Shown: positions 30,949-41,118, counted from the first letter of the stretch. The stretch is DNA of 64,000 nucleotides from Pseudomonadota bacterium (GCA_043825735.1 JBDRRP010000107.1:1-64000); one strand, 5' to 3'. The notes: generated by a model not told the origin, from the letters alone. Translations and numbers: made by a program.

Positions 30949-31629
30949 TCAACAGCGGATCTCCCGGATTCCGTTTTGGGGATCGACGATGTAAAGGATG
31001 GTGGCGTGTTGGCTGATCAGCTCCCGGATGCGTTCCAGACTGGGGCGATCGATACCGTTCATCCGCAGATAGACCCGCCGATACCCCGGCGATACGCGCT
31101 CGTAGGAGGACAGGGTGCTCACCAGACGGCCCCCGAATTGGCGGATGATGTTGGTGACCGTCTTGATGCAGCCGGGCCGGTCCACCATGGTGAGCGCGAA
31201 CTGTATGCCGCCTTTACCGGCGCCGGTCAGGGATATCAGGGCCCGGAAGATGTCGGACCGGGTGATGACGCCGAGTAGGCCGCCGCCCGGGCCGATGACC
31301 GGGACGCCGGAGATGCGCAGCGTCAGCAGCCGCTCGGCGATCTCCTCGATGCTCTCCTCCGGCCGCGCGGTGACCGGGTTGCGGGCCATTACCGATTTGA
31401 CCTTGATCTCGGAAACGAGTTCCAGCAGTTCGTAGGTTTCCAAGGGTGTGCCCTTGGCCGGAGACGCCTTTTTCAGGTCTCTTTCAGTGACCACACCCAC
31501 CAGCTCGCTGCCGGCCACCACCGGCAGCATCCGGATGCCCCGTTGCCGCATCAACTTTGCGGCTTCAGCGGCAGGGGCATTGGGTGAAGTCACGATGGCC
31601 GGCGCGCTCATCCAGTATTTGACCAGCAT
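30949..31629 (-). CDS. CBS + ACT domain protein (AcuB-like)
   Basis: MLVKYWMS, CBS pair, ACT DRPGCI; GGAGG RBS. Confidence 0.9.
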   Translation of the reverse strand: MLVKYWMSAPAIVTSPNAPAAEAAKLMRQRGIRMLPVVAGSELVGVVTERDLKKASPAKGTPLETYELLELVSEIKVKSVMARNPVTARPEESIEEIAERLLTLRISGVPVIGPGGGLLGVITRSDIFRALISLTGAGKGGIQFALTMVDRPGCIKTVTNIIRQFGGRLVSTLSSYERVSPGYRRVYLRMNGIDRPSLERIRELISQHATILYIVDPQNGIREIRC

Positions 31630-31660
31630 GGAAACCTCCCGATTATTCCCAGGACCCTCT

Positions 31661-31728
31661 CGGGGTCGGGATCGCTGTCGTGATCGACATCGATTGTTTC
31701 TACGGCCGATACCGATAGCGATTTCGAT
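31661..31728. repeat. Short palindromic 6-bp-period repeat (GGGATCG/CGATAC type)
   Basis: CGGGGTCGGGATCG...CGATACCGATAGCGATTTCGAT; a related half copy lies at ~53720-53755. Confidence 0.6.
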
Positions 31729-31777
31729 GGTCACCCGGCCTCGGTGTTTAAATGGAACGCTTTTTTTGACAATGGCG

Positions 31778-32707
31778 CTAGTTGATGACCCAAATGGTTC
31801 GCTCCCTGGCCAGGTGGATGAGCTTGTCGCCCACACGGCCCATGAAAAAACTGCGCACGCGGCTTTGTCCTCGGCGTCCCACGATGATGGTGCCGTAGTC
31901 CCCCTGGGCGGCCTCGGCGGCAATGGCGGCCGCGCGGCTGCGGGCGCCTTCCTCGATGCGGCAGGTGATGCGGTTTTCCGCAACGCCGATCGCGGTGAGG
32001 CGATGGATGGCTTTCTGGAAGAATTTTTCCATCCGGGCTTTGGTATCATCAATACATTCCTTGGGCGCGAACATCCCGCCCATGGAAGGCAACGCGTCGC
32101 CGCGCAGCACATGCAGCAGGCGCAACTGGGTAGCGTTGTTTTTGATCACCCGGCCGGTGAACTCGACGGCGCGAAAAGCCCCCGGAGACCCGTCAAAGGC
32201 CAGCAGGGCCCGCGATCCGGGGGGACGGAGCCCGGCGATGATGATGGGCCGATAGTTCAGTCTTTGAATGATCTTGGTGGCCACGCTGCCCATGATGATC
32301 TCCGGCAGCAGGGTGAATCCGCGGCGCCGCATGACCACGGCATCGTAGGCTTTTCTAGCTTCTGCGAGAATGTCCCGGGCGATGCCGTTTTTCCGGTTGT
32401 GAATGTGGATGCGGATGGACTTGGCTGCAAAGCCGCCCTCGAGCAGTATGTCCCGGGCCGTTTCCATATACGCCTGCATTTCCTTTTTCTGCTGGGACTG
32501 CCAGGCCAGCATGCTGGGGACGACCTTGATGCTCTTGGGCTCCTTGGCAAGGTCCCAGTAGCATTCCGGCACGGCGTTGAAGACATGGAACAGCACTATG
32601 GACGCCTTGTGAAATTCTTCTGTGGTGACCAGGTAACGGACGGTTTCCAGAGAGCGCTCCGATCCGTCCAGCAGTACCAGCAGTTTCTTCAGTGGTGAGG
32701 TGTTCAT
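31778..32707 (-). CDS. Tandem universal stress protein
   Basis: Two USP domains: LLVLLDGS...MGSVA and LLAFDGS...VGRRG...MGRV. Confidence 0.92.
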   Translation of the reverse strand: MNTSPLKKLLVLLDGSERSLETVRYLVTTEEFHKASIVLFHVFNAVPECYWDLAKEPKSIKVVPSMLAWQSQQKKEMQAYMETARDILLEGGFAAKSIRIHIHNRKNGIARDILAEARKAYDAVVMRRRGFTLLPEIIMGSVATKIIQRLNYRPIIIAGLRPPGSRALLAFDGSPGAFRAVEFTGRVIKNNATQLRLLHVLRGDALPSMGGMFAPKECIDDTKARMEKFFQKAIHRLTAIGVAENRITCRIEEGARSRAAAIAAEAAQGDYGTIIVGRRGQSRVRSFFMGRVGDKLIHLARERTIWVIN

Positions 32708-32775
32708 CGACGGCTCCTTATTGTTCGATTGATGGGGCGCCCCTGTCTGTAAACAGCGGCTTCAGCTTCATTATG

Positions 32776-32791
32776 AGCAACAGGTGTGCCA
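32776..32791 (-). promoter_or_regulatory. sigma54 promoter
   Basis: Minus strand TGGCACACCTGTTGCT, a consensus match about 70 bp upstream of the USP start. Confidence 0.85.
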
Positions 32792-32886
32792 AGTGAAAAT
32801 AAAATCTAAAGCAGTTATAACCTTCTGAAAAAATTTGAAATAGTGTGATGCCTTGAGCGGGGTGGGTGTGTGGTGGGAAGGCGTCG

Positions 32887-32912
32887 TGTCGGTTGGGTTT
32901 ACATGCTGTAAA
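32887..32912. promoter_or_regulatory. Putative sigma54 activator binding site (UAS)
   Basis: TGTCGG-TTGGG-TTTACA-TGC-TGTAAA about 100-120 bp upstream of the promoter. Confidence 0.7.
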
Positions 32913-33059
32913 AAAGGGTTCGAGGGTTGCGCCTATACGGCTTAACAGCGACGAGGGTTCGCGGGCTGCGCCGAAAGGGTTCAAGGGGTAGCGGCGTAGC
33001 GGGGGGGGCGGGTGTTCAAGGGCGTGACGCGCAGGCGGCGGTCGGAGACACCGATTTTT

Positions 33060-33129
33060 GTCATCCCGGCGAAGGCCGGGATCAAGAGCGTCCCAAACAC
33101 TTCTGGACCCCGGCCTTCGCCGGGGTGAG
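33060..33129. repeat. GTCATCCCGGC-type REP hairpin
   Basis: GTCATCCCGGCGAAGGCCGGGATC...GACCCCGGCCTTCGCCGGGGTGA. Confidence 0.85.
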
Positions 33130-33190
33130 TGCGGATTTCGGATTTTTTACGGGGCCATTTCTATTATAAAGAGAGAAAGAACGGGGCATT

Positions 33191-33871
33191 TCACTCGAAG
33201 ATTTCACGCTGGTTGGACGCGTGATCGACCATGTAGCGAAGCGCTCCATAAACGCGCAGCTCCGTCAACAGCTGCGGCAAACGGTTCCGGTCGATGCCGT
33301 AGACACGCAGAAACACTTTGCGCTTTCCTTCGGGCTCGCCGTCATAGCTGCTCAGGATGCTGGCCATGCGGCCGCCGTAAGCGCGGATGATGTCGGTGAG
33401 CGCCTTGATGGAGCCGGGGCGGTCGGTGATGCGGAACGCGAACTGAATGCCGCGCTTGCCGATACCGGTCAGAGAAATCAGCGCCCGGAAGATATCGGTC
33501 TGGGTGATCACCCCCACCACATCGCCGTCCGGCCCCAGCACCGGGACGCCGGAGATCTTCTCCTTTAGCAGGATTTCGGCGGTCTCTTCGATGGTAAAGT
33601 CGCTGGGAACGGTAATGGGTTTTTTGGACATGATGCGAGACACGGTGATTCGGGAGATGAGATACAGCAGTTCGTGGATGTCCAGCGTCGTAGCGTCCGA
33701 GGCCGAGGCCCGTTTGAGATCGCCGTCGGTGAGGACGCCGGAAAGCCGTCCCTTGCTCACGACCGGCAGCAGCCGGATTTTGTTTTCCCGCATGATCTTC
33801 AACGCGCGGTCCATGGTGTCTTCGGCATCGACGGTAATGACGGTGGGTGACATCCAGTTTCTAACTAACAT
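33191..33871 (-). CDS. CBS + ACT domain protein (AcuB-like), paralog of 30949-31629
   Basis: MLVRNWMS, DLKRASAS, ACT DRPGSI. Confidence 0.92.
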   Translation of the reverse strand: MLVRNWMSPTVITVDAEDTMDRALKIMRENKIRLLPVVSKGRLSGVLTDGDLKRASASDATTLDIHELLYLISRITVSRIMSKKPITVPSDFTIEETAEILLKEKISGVPVLGPDGDVVGVITQTDIFRALISLTGIGKRGIQFAFRITDRPGSIKALTDIIRAYGGRMASILSSYDGEPEGKRKVFLRVYGIDRNRLPQLLTELRVYGALRYMVDHASNQREIFE

Positions 33872-34044
33872 GACGGTTCTCCTTGCTGAAGGTCGGTGGT
33901 CGGTATTGTCGTTAGTGAGTGTGCCCTTTTAAAGGGATTGGGATATATTCCTTTTTCTTGGTTGTTTTCACTTGACCCCTTGAACCCTCGGACCCTTGGC
34001 CCCTGCCCAGTGATCAACTGTAAAAAAAATCCAAGGAAAACTGG

Positions 34045-34344
34045 TTACGCCGCCTTTCGGATTGCCGGAATCTGTTCTTCCAGGGCGTCCGCCCACTTGC
34101 CAGCAAATCGGCACTGTCGTCCGGCCCAGACCTGACCTGCCATGCGGCCCCTAAACACCTGGCACCCGAATGTCGTCACCTGCCCCATGCCGTCGGTAAG
34201 AATACGGATAACGCCGTAGCGTTCACGGTTGCGCTCCAGCACGTTGGCCAAATGGGCGGCGGACGATCCATCGAAGTCCCCGCTCAGCGCCACTTCGAGC
34301 CGGTTGGGGCGCCGGGTTTTCCGAATTCGAAAGTTGGCTGCCAT
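34045..34344 (-). CDS. Small STAS / anti-sigma-antagonist-like protein
   Basis: MAANFRI...LSGDFDGSSA; AAAGGAG RBS. Confidence 0.7.
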   Translation of the reverse strand: MAANFRIRKTRRPNRLEVALSGDFDGSSAAHLANVLERNRERYGVIRILTDGMGQVTTFGCQVFRGRMAGQVWAGRQCRFAGKWADALEEQIPAIRKAA

Positions 34345-34421
34345 GGGCGGGTCTCCTTTCGCGGACACGGGTGTCGGGATGAGGCGGCGCAGCTTTGAAA
34401 AGGCCGCTGAGAAAACAAATG

Positions 34422-34437
34422 AGCAAACGTCATGCCA
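34422..34437 (-). promoter_or_regulatory. sigma54 promoter
   Basis: Minus strand TGGCATGACGTTTGCT. Confidence 0.85.
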
Positions 34438-34475
34438 GCCGATGTGGTTCCAGGCACTATCCCAGGGCACTATTA

Positions 34476-34755
34476 TTGACGGCTTTAGAAAAAACATAGA
34501 ATTACCACAGAGGACACAGAGAGCGCAGAGATAACTTATTAATTATTCTTAATATTCTCTGTGCCCCGCTGCGGTCTCTGCGGTTCAAAATCATTTTTTA
34601 CGGATTCAATGCCGACAATGCGGGGAAAAGCCATATTCTTCATTTTCGTCATCCCGGCAAAGGCCGGGATCCTGTAATTTCAGATACTTCTGGATTCCGG
34701 ATCTCGTTTTACGCGTCCGGAATGGCAATCGGAGGATTTTTTGCGGGACCATCAA
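34476..34755. repeat. Family A repeat (34476-34609) followed by a GTCATCCCGGC-type REP (34648-34755)
   Basis: ACCACAGAGGACACAGAG...CTCTGCGGTTCAAAATCATTTTTTACG; CGTCATCCCGGCAAAGGCCGGGATCC...GGATTCCGG. Confidence 0.8.
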
Positions 34756-34804
34756 TGATCGCGATCGAATGGGAGGTGCGCGCGCCTCCGGCGGGTGATC
34801 GAAG

Positions 34805-34830
34805 TGTCCGCACCTTTTACACCCTGTAAA
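34805..34830. promoter_or_regulatory. Putative sigma54 activator binding site (UAS)
   Basis: TGTCCG-CACCT-TTTACA-CCC-TGTAAA. Confidence 0.65.
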
Positions 34831-34856
34831 CGAGCGCCCGCTATTTAGGCGGTCGT

Positions 34857-36284
34857 TTACCGGTGCACGGCCGTCTCAATTCTCAGGCCGTATTTCTCGA
34901 TCTTGGCGTGCAGGGTGGGGCGGGAGAGCCCCAGCAGTTTGGCCGCTTTGGAGCGGTTGCCGTTGGCCATTGCCAGTACTTCCCGGATCAGCTGGTCAGC
35001 GACTTCGTCCAGACAGTCTTCGAAAAGATGTTCGCCGGTGTAGTTTTGGACATGCTGCCGCAGAAAGGTCAGCAGCGGCTGGTCCGTCGACGGAGAATCG
35101 TTTTTCGCAGTTCCCGATGGCGGGCCGATGGCACGGGTGATGTCTTCGACGGAGAGGGGGCCCCCCTGTTGAAAAATGAGCGCTTTTTGCAGCACGTTGG
35201 ACAGTTCCCGGACGTTTCCCGGCCAGGCGTATTCCGAGAGGTGGGTCAGTGCGGCGCGGGTGATGCCGGGGTTGTCGACCCGATTGTCGACGGCGTGGCG
35301 TCCGAGAAAATAGCTCGCCAGCGCCGGGATGTCGCTCTTGCGCTCGCGCAGCACCGGCAAGGTGATGGTCACCACTTTGAGACGGAAATACAGGTCTTCC
35401 CGGAAGGTGCCGTTGTGGATGCCCGCTTCCAGGTCCCGGTTGGTGGCGGCGATGATGCGCACATCCACCGGGATCGTCTCCCGGCCCCCCAGCCGCTCGA
35501 TGCTGCGTTCCTGAAGCAGCCTCAGAATTTTCGCCTGAAGACTCAGGGGCATGTCTCCGATCTCGTCTAAAAAGACCGTGCCGCCGCCGGCCTGTTCCAG
35601 TTTGCCCACACGGCGGTGAACGGCGCCGGTGAAGGCCCCCTTCTCGTAGCCGAACAGTTCGCTTTCCAACAGCGTTTCCGGGATGGCCACGCAGTTGATG
35701 ACCAGGAAAGGGCGCGCCGCGCGGCGGCTGTGCTGATAAATCGCCCGGGCGGCGAGCTCTTTGCCGGTGCCCGATTCGCCCCGGATCAGCACGGTGGCGT
35801 CGGTGGGCGCCACGCGTCCAATGGCTTTGTAGACTTCCTGCATGGCTGGGCTGCTGCCGATAATGGCGTCGGCCGAGGCGCGCTCCGGGGCGGAGTTCAT
35901 GGCTACCGGCAGGCGCATGAAACGACCGGCCTCGAGGCCCTTTTTGATGATCTGTAGCATCTCGGGGATGTCGAACGGCTTGATGATATAGTCGAAAGCG
36001 CCCAGCTTGGTGGCTTCGATGGCGGTCTGGGTCGTGCCGAATGCGGTCATGATGATGACCGGCAGCTTGGGATCCAACTCGTGAATGCGCTTAAATGTTT
36101 CAAAGCCGTTGATGCCCGGCAGGCGCATGTCGAGTACGACGAGATCCGGAAGTTCTTCGGCGATCAGTGCGATGCCGGCCTCTCCCGATGCGGCGCTCTT
36201 TATCCGGTAGCCCTCACTGGTGAGCAGTTTGTCAAAACTTTTTCTGAGCTGATCGTCGTCATCGATGATGGTTATGGTGTCCAC
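34857..36284 (-). CDS. sigma54-dependent response regulator (NtrC family)
   Basis: REC (IIDDD, LDMRLPG), GESGTGK, GAFTGA, Fis-type HTH; GTG start with GGAAGG RBS. Confidence 0.95.
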   Translation of the reverse strand: MDTITIIDDDDQLRKSFDKLLTSEGYRIKSAASGEAGIALIAEELPDLVVLDMRLPGINGFETFKRIHELDPKLPVIIMTAFGTTQTAIEATKLGAFDYIIKPFDIPEMLQIIKKGLEAGRFMRLPVAMNSAPERASADAIIGSSPAMQEVYKAIGRVAPTDATVLIRGESGTGKELAARAIYQHSRRAARPFLVINCVAIPETLLESELFGYEKGAFTGAVHRRVGKLEQAGGGTVFLDEIGDMPLSLQAKILRLLQERSIERLGGRETIPVDVRIIAATNRDLEAGIHNGTFREDLYFRLKVVTITLPVLRERKSDIPALASYFLGRHAVDNRVDNPGITRAALTHLSEYAWPGNVRELSNVLQKALIFQQGGPLSVEDITRAIGPPSGTAKNDSPSTDQPLLTFLRQHVQNYTGEHLFEDCLDEVADQLIREVLAMANGNRSKAAKLLGLSRPTLHAKIEKYGLRIETAVHR

Positions 36285-36303
36285 GATGCAAACCTTCCTG
36301 TTG

Positions 36304-36405
36304 TTGGTGATTCTGTAAAAAACCAGAACTTTTCGCAAAGTCGCAAAGATCGCAAACCTAAAACCTCCGTGTCCTCCGTGTCTGTGGTTCAATATCACTT
36401 TTGAT
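36304..36405. repeat. Degenerate hybrid family A repeat
   Basis: GTAAAAAA..(CGCAAAG)n...CTCCGTG..CTGTGGTTCAATATCACTTTT. Confidence 0.6.
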
Positions 36406-36425
36406 AGACGGCAAAAATATGCCGT

Positions 36426-37898
36426 TTATGGCTGGCCACCGGTCGCCAGGGGCAGCGACAGAACGAACGTTGTTCCCTGACCGGGCGCCGAGCTGACGTC
36501 TATGGCACCCTGGTGTTCGCGCATGATGCGATCCACGATACTGAGGCCCAGTCCTGTACCGTCGTCTTTGGTGGTGAAAAACGGCTCGAATATCCGCTCG
36601 AGCACCGTTTCCGGGATACCGGGTCCCGTGTCGGTAAAGGTGATTTGCACCTGGCTTTGTCCACCGCTGTTGAGTGTGGTTTCCACTATGGTGATGGCTC
36701 CGCCGTCGACCATCGCCTCGCAGGCGTTGATGATGATATTGGCCATGACTTCCTTGAGTTGCTCCGGATCGGCCGATACCTCATCCAGGACGCGTTCCCG
36801 TTTCACGGTCACAGAGACATCATAGGACTTGAGCCGGTGGGTCAGCAGCTGAACGGCCTGATCAACGACGATCGAGGGGCTGATGCGCTGCACGGTCAGT
36901 TTGGGCGGCCGGGAGAATTCGAGGAAATTTCCCACGATGGCATCCACGTGCCGGATTTCTTCTGAAATGACGTCGAAGTCTTCCTGCTGATCGGGTTTCA
37001 GCGCCAGGGAGCGGTTCAGGGAAAACAGACGCATCTTGACCGACGTGAGCGGGTTGCGCACGCTGTGAGCGACACCGGCTGCCAGTTTGCCCACCATGGC
37101 CAGCTTTTCGGCCTGGAGCAGGGATTCCCGGCTTTTTTCCAGCGCGGTCTCTTTCTGGCCGGCGTCAGCAATGAGGTCTCTCACGCTGTGGCTGAGCCGT
37201 TCGACAACATCCCCGGAGTCTGCCGGCGATCCGCCTTTGTTGGTGATTTCAGCCAGCTGTTGGATGGGCCCCAGGACCTGGTACCCGATGATGCCGGCCA
37301 GCAGCAGCCCGATCAGGGCCATGCCCACAATCGCCGCCACGCTGATGATGCGCAGGTCCCGGGCCTGTTGATGGACTTTCATCTGGATGACGGTGATGCG
37401 GGTGTTGTGGATTTCCTTGTAGCGCGCGGTCAGCTCGAGGATGTGGAAAAACCGCGCGCGCACCGTCTGGTGAAGTGCCAATCCCTTTTCCTTGCTCCCA
37501 TTGCTGTAGAGATCGATCACCGTGTTTTTTTCGCTCACGTACCGGTCATATTCCCGGGAGATGTCTTCGAGGATCATCTGCAGCATCTTGTCGTCAGTGG
37601 CGGCGCGGGCGTCGGCCAAGCGCTCCCGGAAAATGCGCCGGTATGCTTCGAGCTGTGACAGCCACGCCGGGTCGTGGTCCTGAAAGAAATAGGACACGTA
37701 TCCCTTCTGGTTGACCAATGCCGATTCCAGCGCGGCGGCGTTGTGATAGGCGGCGATGTGCTCGTGCAGTTCCTCGTTGAACAGGTTGTCCATCCGGTGA
37801 GTGTACCACAGGGACAGGAGGGCGCCCACCAGGGTAATGGTCATGATCAGGCTCAGTGGAAGGTAAATGCGCAGTTTCAGGTCGGTGCGATGCCACAT
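36426..37898 (-). CDS. Sensor histidine kinase with helical periplasmic domain
   Basis: Two TMs, AGVAHSVRNPL, DTGPGI, FEPFFTTK, GTGLGL; GAGG RBS. Confidence 0.93.
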   Translation of the reverse strand: MWHRTDLKLRIYLPLSLIMTITLVGALLSLWYTHRMDNLFNEELHEHIAAYHNAAALESALVNQKGYVSYFFQDHDPAWLSQLEAYRRIFRERLADARAATDDKMLQMILEDISREYDRYVSEKNTVIDLYSNGSKEKGLALHQTVRARFFHILELTARYKEIHNTRITVIQMKVHQQARDLRIISVAAIVGMALIGLLLAGIIGYQVLGPIQQLAEITNKGGSPADSGDVVERLSHSVRDLIADAGQKETALEKSRESLLQAEKLAMVGKLAAGVAHSVRNPLTSVKMRLFSLNRSLALKPDQQEDFDVISEEIRHVDAIVGNFLEFSRPPKLTVQRISPSIVVDQAVQLLTHRLKSYDVSVTVKRERVLDEVSADPEQLKEVMANIIINACEAMVDGGAITIVETTLNSGGQSQVQITFTDTGPGIPETVLERIFEPFFTTKDDGTGLGLSIVDRIMREHQGAIDVSSAPGQGTTFVLSLPLATGGQP

Positions 37899-37902
37899 TG
37901 TG

Positions 37903-39315
37903 CTACCTCGTGTTTCGAACGGCCGGCGTATCTCCTGCAGGAGTGACCGCGGAATGGCGCTGCTGCGCCTGGGCCCGCTTGAGTTTTTCCCGCAGGGTTT
38001 TGCGATCGATACCGAGGATCGCCGCCGCCTTGCTTTTGTTGCCACCCGTTGCGCCGAGCGCGGTGAGGATGTGCTCGGCTTCCACTTCGGCCAGGGAGCG
38101 CACGGCCCAGGCGGCGCGCTTGGGTGAAAACCGCATGGCCGGTGGCAGATCGATGACATCGATCTTTTCGGTATCGCTGACCACCACGAGCCGCTGCACC
38201 AGGTTTTCCAGTTCCCGGATGTTGCCCGGCCAGCTGTAGGCCCGTATCGCCTCGAGGGCTTCGTCGGTAAAGTGCAGCGGGGGGCGGCCGGCCTTGGCCT
38301 CCAGGGTTTCGGAGAACTGCTGGAGCATGAGTAAAATGTCATCGCCGCGTTCACACAGGGGGGGCAGCCGGATGTCGATGACGTCGAGCCGGTAGTAGAG
38401 ATCTTCACGGAACAGACCCTTGGCGATCATATCTGTAAGATCTTTGTGGGTGGCGGCGATGATGCGGGTGTCCACCGTGCGCAGTCGGCTGGAACCCACC
38501 ATGCAGAACTCTTTGCTTTGCATGACGCGCAGCAGCTTGCCCTGCATGCCCATGCTGGCGTCGCCGATTTCGTCGAGGAAAATGGTGCCGCCGTTGGCAA
38601 CCTCGAAAAACCCGGCGCGCGAGTCCCGTGCCCCGGTGAACGCGCCTTTGACATGGCCGAAAAGCTCGCTTTCGAGGAGGCTGTCGGGGATGGCCGCGCA
38701 GTTGACCGGCACAAAAGGTGCTGCGCGCCGGTCGCTGTGGTAGTGCACCGCCCGAGCCACGAGTTCTTTTCCCGTGCCGCTGTCACCGGAAATCAGTACA
38801 TTGGCTTCGGTGGTGGCCGCTTTTTCGATGCGACGGAAGACCTGTAGCATATCGGGAGAACGGCCGATGATGCCGAACCGGTTGCCGGCTTCCGGAGGTG
38901 CTTCAGCGATCTGCCGTCGCTGCAACCGCTCGACCACACGGCCCACCGTCGACATCAGCTCGTCTTCGGTGAACGGCTTTACCAGGTACTCTGCCGCGCC
39001 GTCACGGATGGCGTCCACGGCACCGGAGATGGACGGGTAGCCGGTGATCATCATGACTTCGGTGTCCTTTAGGTTCTCCCGGACATACTTGATCAGATCG
39101 AGACCGCTCGCTCTGGGCATACGCAGGTCTGTGATCACCAGGTCGGACCGGTGGTCTTGGAGAAAGGCGACCGCGTCATCGACACTGGTGCATGTAAAGA
39201 CCGGGTATCCGGCACCCGTCAGGTGTCGTTGAATGACTTCGAGCGTGTCCCGGCTGTCATCGACCACCAGCACACTGGGGGGTGGCGAGGTTCGGCCCGG
39301 TTCGGGGCGCGCCAT
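37903..39315 (-). CDS. sigma54-dependent response regulator
   Basis: REC (VVDDS, TDLRMP), GDSGTGK, GAFTGA, NKSKAAAILGIDRKTL. Confidence 0.95.
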   Translation of the reverse strand: MARPEPGRTSPPPSVLVVDDSRDTLEVIQRHLTGAGYPVFTCTSVDDAVAFLQDHRSDLVITDLRMPRASGLDLIKYVRENLKDTEVMMITGYPSISGAVDAIRDGAAEYLVKPFTEDELMSTVGRVVERLQRRQIAEAPPEAGNRFGIIGRSPDMLQVFRRIEKAATTEANVLISGDSGTGKELVARAVHYHSDRRAAPFVPVNCAAIPDSLLESELFGHVKGAFTGARDSRAGFFEVANGGTIFLDEIGDASMGMQGKLLRVMQSKEFCMVGSSRLRTVDTRIIAATHKDLTDMIAKGLFREDLYYRLDVIDIRLPPLCERGDDILLMLQQFSETLEAKAGRPPLHFTDEALEAIRAYSWPGNIRELENLVQRLVVVSDTEKIDVIDLPPAMRFSPKRAAWAVRSLAEVEAEHILTALGATGGNKSKAAAILGIDRKTLREKLKRAQAQQRHSAVTPAGDTPAVRNTR

Positions 39316-39377
39316 GACGATCTCCCTGGTTAATGGTTGTGGGGCGATTTTCCCCACTGATACATCTCTCAAAGGCG

Positions 39378-40850
39378 TCAGGTCGTCAATGGAAAAGAGA
39401 GGGTGAACGTGGATCCCTCTCCCACCCGGCTATGCACATCGATACTGCCCCCGTGGGCCCGTACGATGCCATGGGCCACCGACAGGCCGAGTCCGGACCC
39501 CTGGTCGATGTCTTTGGTGGTAAAGAACGGGGTGAAAATCTGTTCGATCGTTTCTGCAGCCATTCCGCAGCCGTTGTCTGCCACACTCATGAACACATGC
39601 TCGGCGCTCGCATGGGTTTGGATCGTCAGGGTTCCTCCGTCCGGCATGGCCTGGATGGCATTGGTGGACAGGTTGATCACCACCTGCTTTAATTGCTGGG
39701 GATCGGCAGTGATGCTTGGCAGCTCTGGGGCGAGTTGGCAGTCCACCGTCACGCCCTGACGCACGGCACTTGATGCGGAGAAATAAAGGGCGTCTTCGAT
39801 GACACCGTTCAGGTCTGTGGGCGATTTCCGGGGCGGCACCTGCCGGCTGAACAGCATCAGTTTCTTGATGACGTCCCTGGCGTGCAGGGCCGATCTGACG
39901 ATGTGCTCCAGATCTTTGGTCACCTGAGGCGCAAGGCCGTCCTCCTTGGCGGCCAGTTGGGCAAAGCCGAGAATGTTAGCCAGTGGTTCGTTCAATTCAT
40001 GGGCCACACCGGCGGCCAGTTGACCGACTTTTGCCAGGCGGTCGGCGTGGCGCAGCTGCATCTGGAGATCCTGCTGGGAATCGAGCGCCTCCTTTTTGCT
40101 GATGATCAGGCCCACCTGACGCGCCACCACGGCGATGAGTTCGACCTCCTCTCGGGTTTGGGCTAAGTGTGGTGCGCCGTCCAAAGTCGCCGTGGCCACA
40201 CAGAGGCGACCGCGATGGATGTTGCCAACGAGAATCTCTTGTTCAAAGCGGATGGCGGCCGTGTCGTAGCCCGGTGTGTGTAAGCGCCGCTCGTCGACGA
40301 TCAGCGCCACCGATGCCTCCTGCGGCCGCTGCAGCGCTGGAGGGACAAGGGCGATGATGTCGTGAAGTATGTCGTCGAGAGCCCGGTCCGTGTTTTCCAC
40401 GATGCGGGCAACGCCGTAAAGGCAGGTCAATTCACGGTTGCGCTCCAGCAGATCGGCGCATTCGCGGATCAGGTGCTGGCGGCCGCTGATGAAGCCGGTA
40501 ATATCATGGCCGACCATCATGACCCCCGGCATGCCGGAGCCGGCGTCGGCAAGCGGCTTCAGCCGCCACTCGATGTGAACGATTTGTCTGTCCCGCCGGC
40601 GGATGCGTCCTCTGAACGTATGGATGTCGCTTTGACGGGTGCACCGGGCAAACTGCTCCCGCTCCCTTTGGCGATCGGCTTCGGGTATGACCAGCTCAAA
40701 CCAGTCCTCACTCATCATGTCCGTGATACGATAGCCAGTGGTCTGCTCCAGCAGGGTGTTGCCGTGGATGACGCGGCCGTCGGTATCGAGTGTGACCACG
40801 ATGCCGTGGCTGAGCGCCATTACACTGCGAAAGTAGGCGGCAAGATCCAT
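39378..40850 (-). CDS. Cytoplasmic PAS-domain histidine kinase
   Basis: N-terminal PAS, ERNRELTCLY linker, AGVAHELNEPL, G-boxes. Confidence 0.92.
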   Translation of the reverse strand: MDLAAYFRSVMALSHGIVVTLDTDGRVIHGNTLLEQTTGYRITDMMSEDWFELVIPEADRQREREQFARCTRQSDIHTFRGRIRRRDRQIVHIEWRLKPLADAGSGMPGVMMVGHDITGFISGRQHLIRECADLLERNRELTCLYGVARIVENTDRALDDILHDIIALVPPALQRPQEASVALIVDERRLHTPGYDTAAIRFEQEILVGNIHRGRLCVATATLDGAPHLAQTREEVELIAVVARQVGLIISKKEALDSQQDLQMQLRHADRLAKVGQLAAGVAHELNEPLANILGFAQLAAKEDGLAPQVTKDLEHIVRSALHARDVIKKLMLFSRQVPPRKSPTDLNGVIEDALYFSASSAVRQGVTVDCQLAPELPSITADPQQLKQVVINLSTNAIQAMPDGGTLTIQTHASAEHVFMSVADNGCGMAAETIEQIFTPFFTTKDIDQGSGLGLSVAHGIVRAHGGSIDVHSRVGEGSTFTLSFPLTT

Positions 40851-40867
40851 GGGGCCTCGGATAGGGC

Positions 40868-41025
40868 GTTCAAGGGTTCAGGGGGTTCAGGGGGTTCAGA
40901 GTTGATGGCCGTGTAAAAAGACTGAAATCACCACAGAGGACGCAGGGACCGCAGAGAAAACCCAATAATTATTAAACATATTCTCTGCGTTCCTCTGCGA
41001 TCTCTGCGGTTCAAAATAACTTTTT
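40868..41025. repeat. GGGTTCAG short tandem plus family A repeat (40902-41025)
   Basis: TTGATGGCCGTGTAAAAAGACTGAAATCACCACAGAGG...CTCTGCGGTTCAAAATAACTTTTT. Confidence 0.85.
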
Positions 41026-41118
41026 GTATTTCCCTAAAGGGCACAAAAGGCCAAAAAATCGACAACACCACGGATGCGCCATTTTTTTTCCATCACTTCG
41101 CCGGGCGCTGATCCGCCC

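Noticed and set aside
36426..38408. Extended starts in the ORF track (660-aa kinase; also 387-aa CBS, 467-aa PldA, 291-aa HyfE)
   Set aside because: The extensions overlap neighbouring genes or repeats; downstream starts have an RBS or translational coupling.
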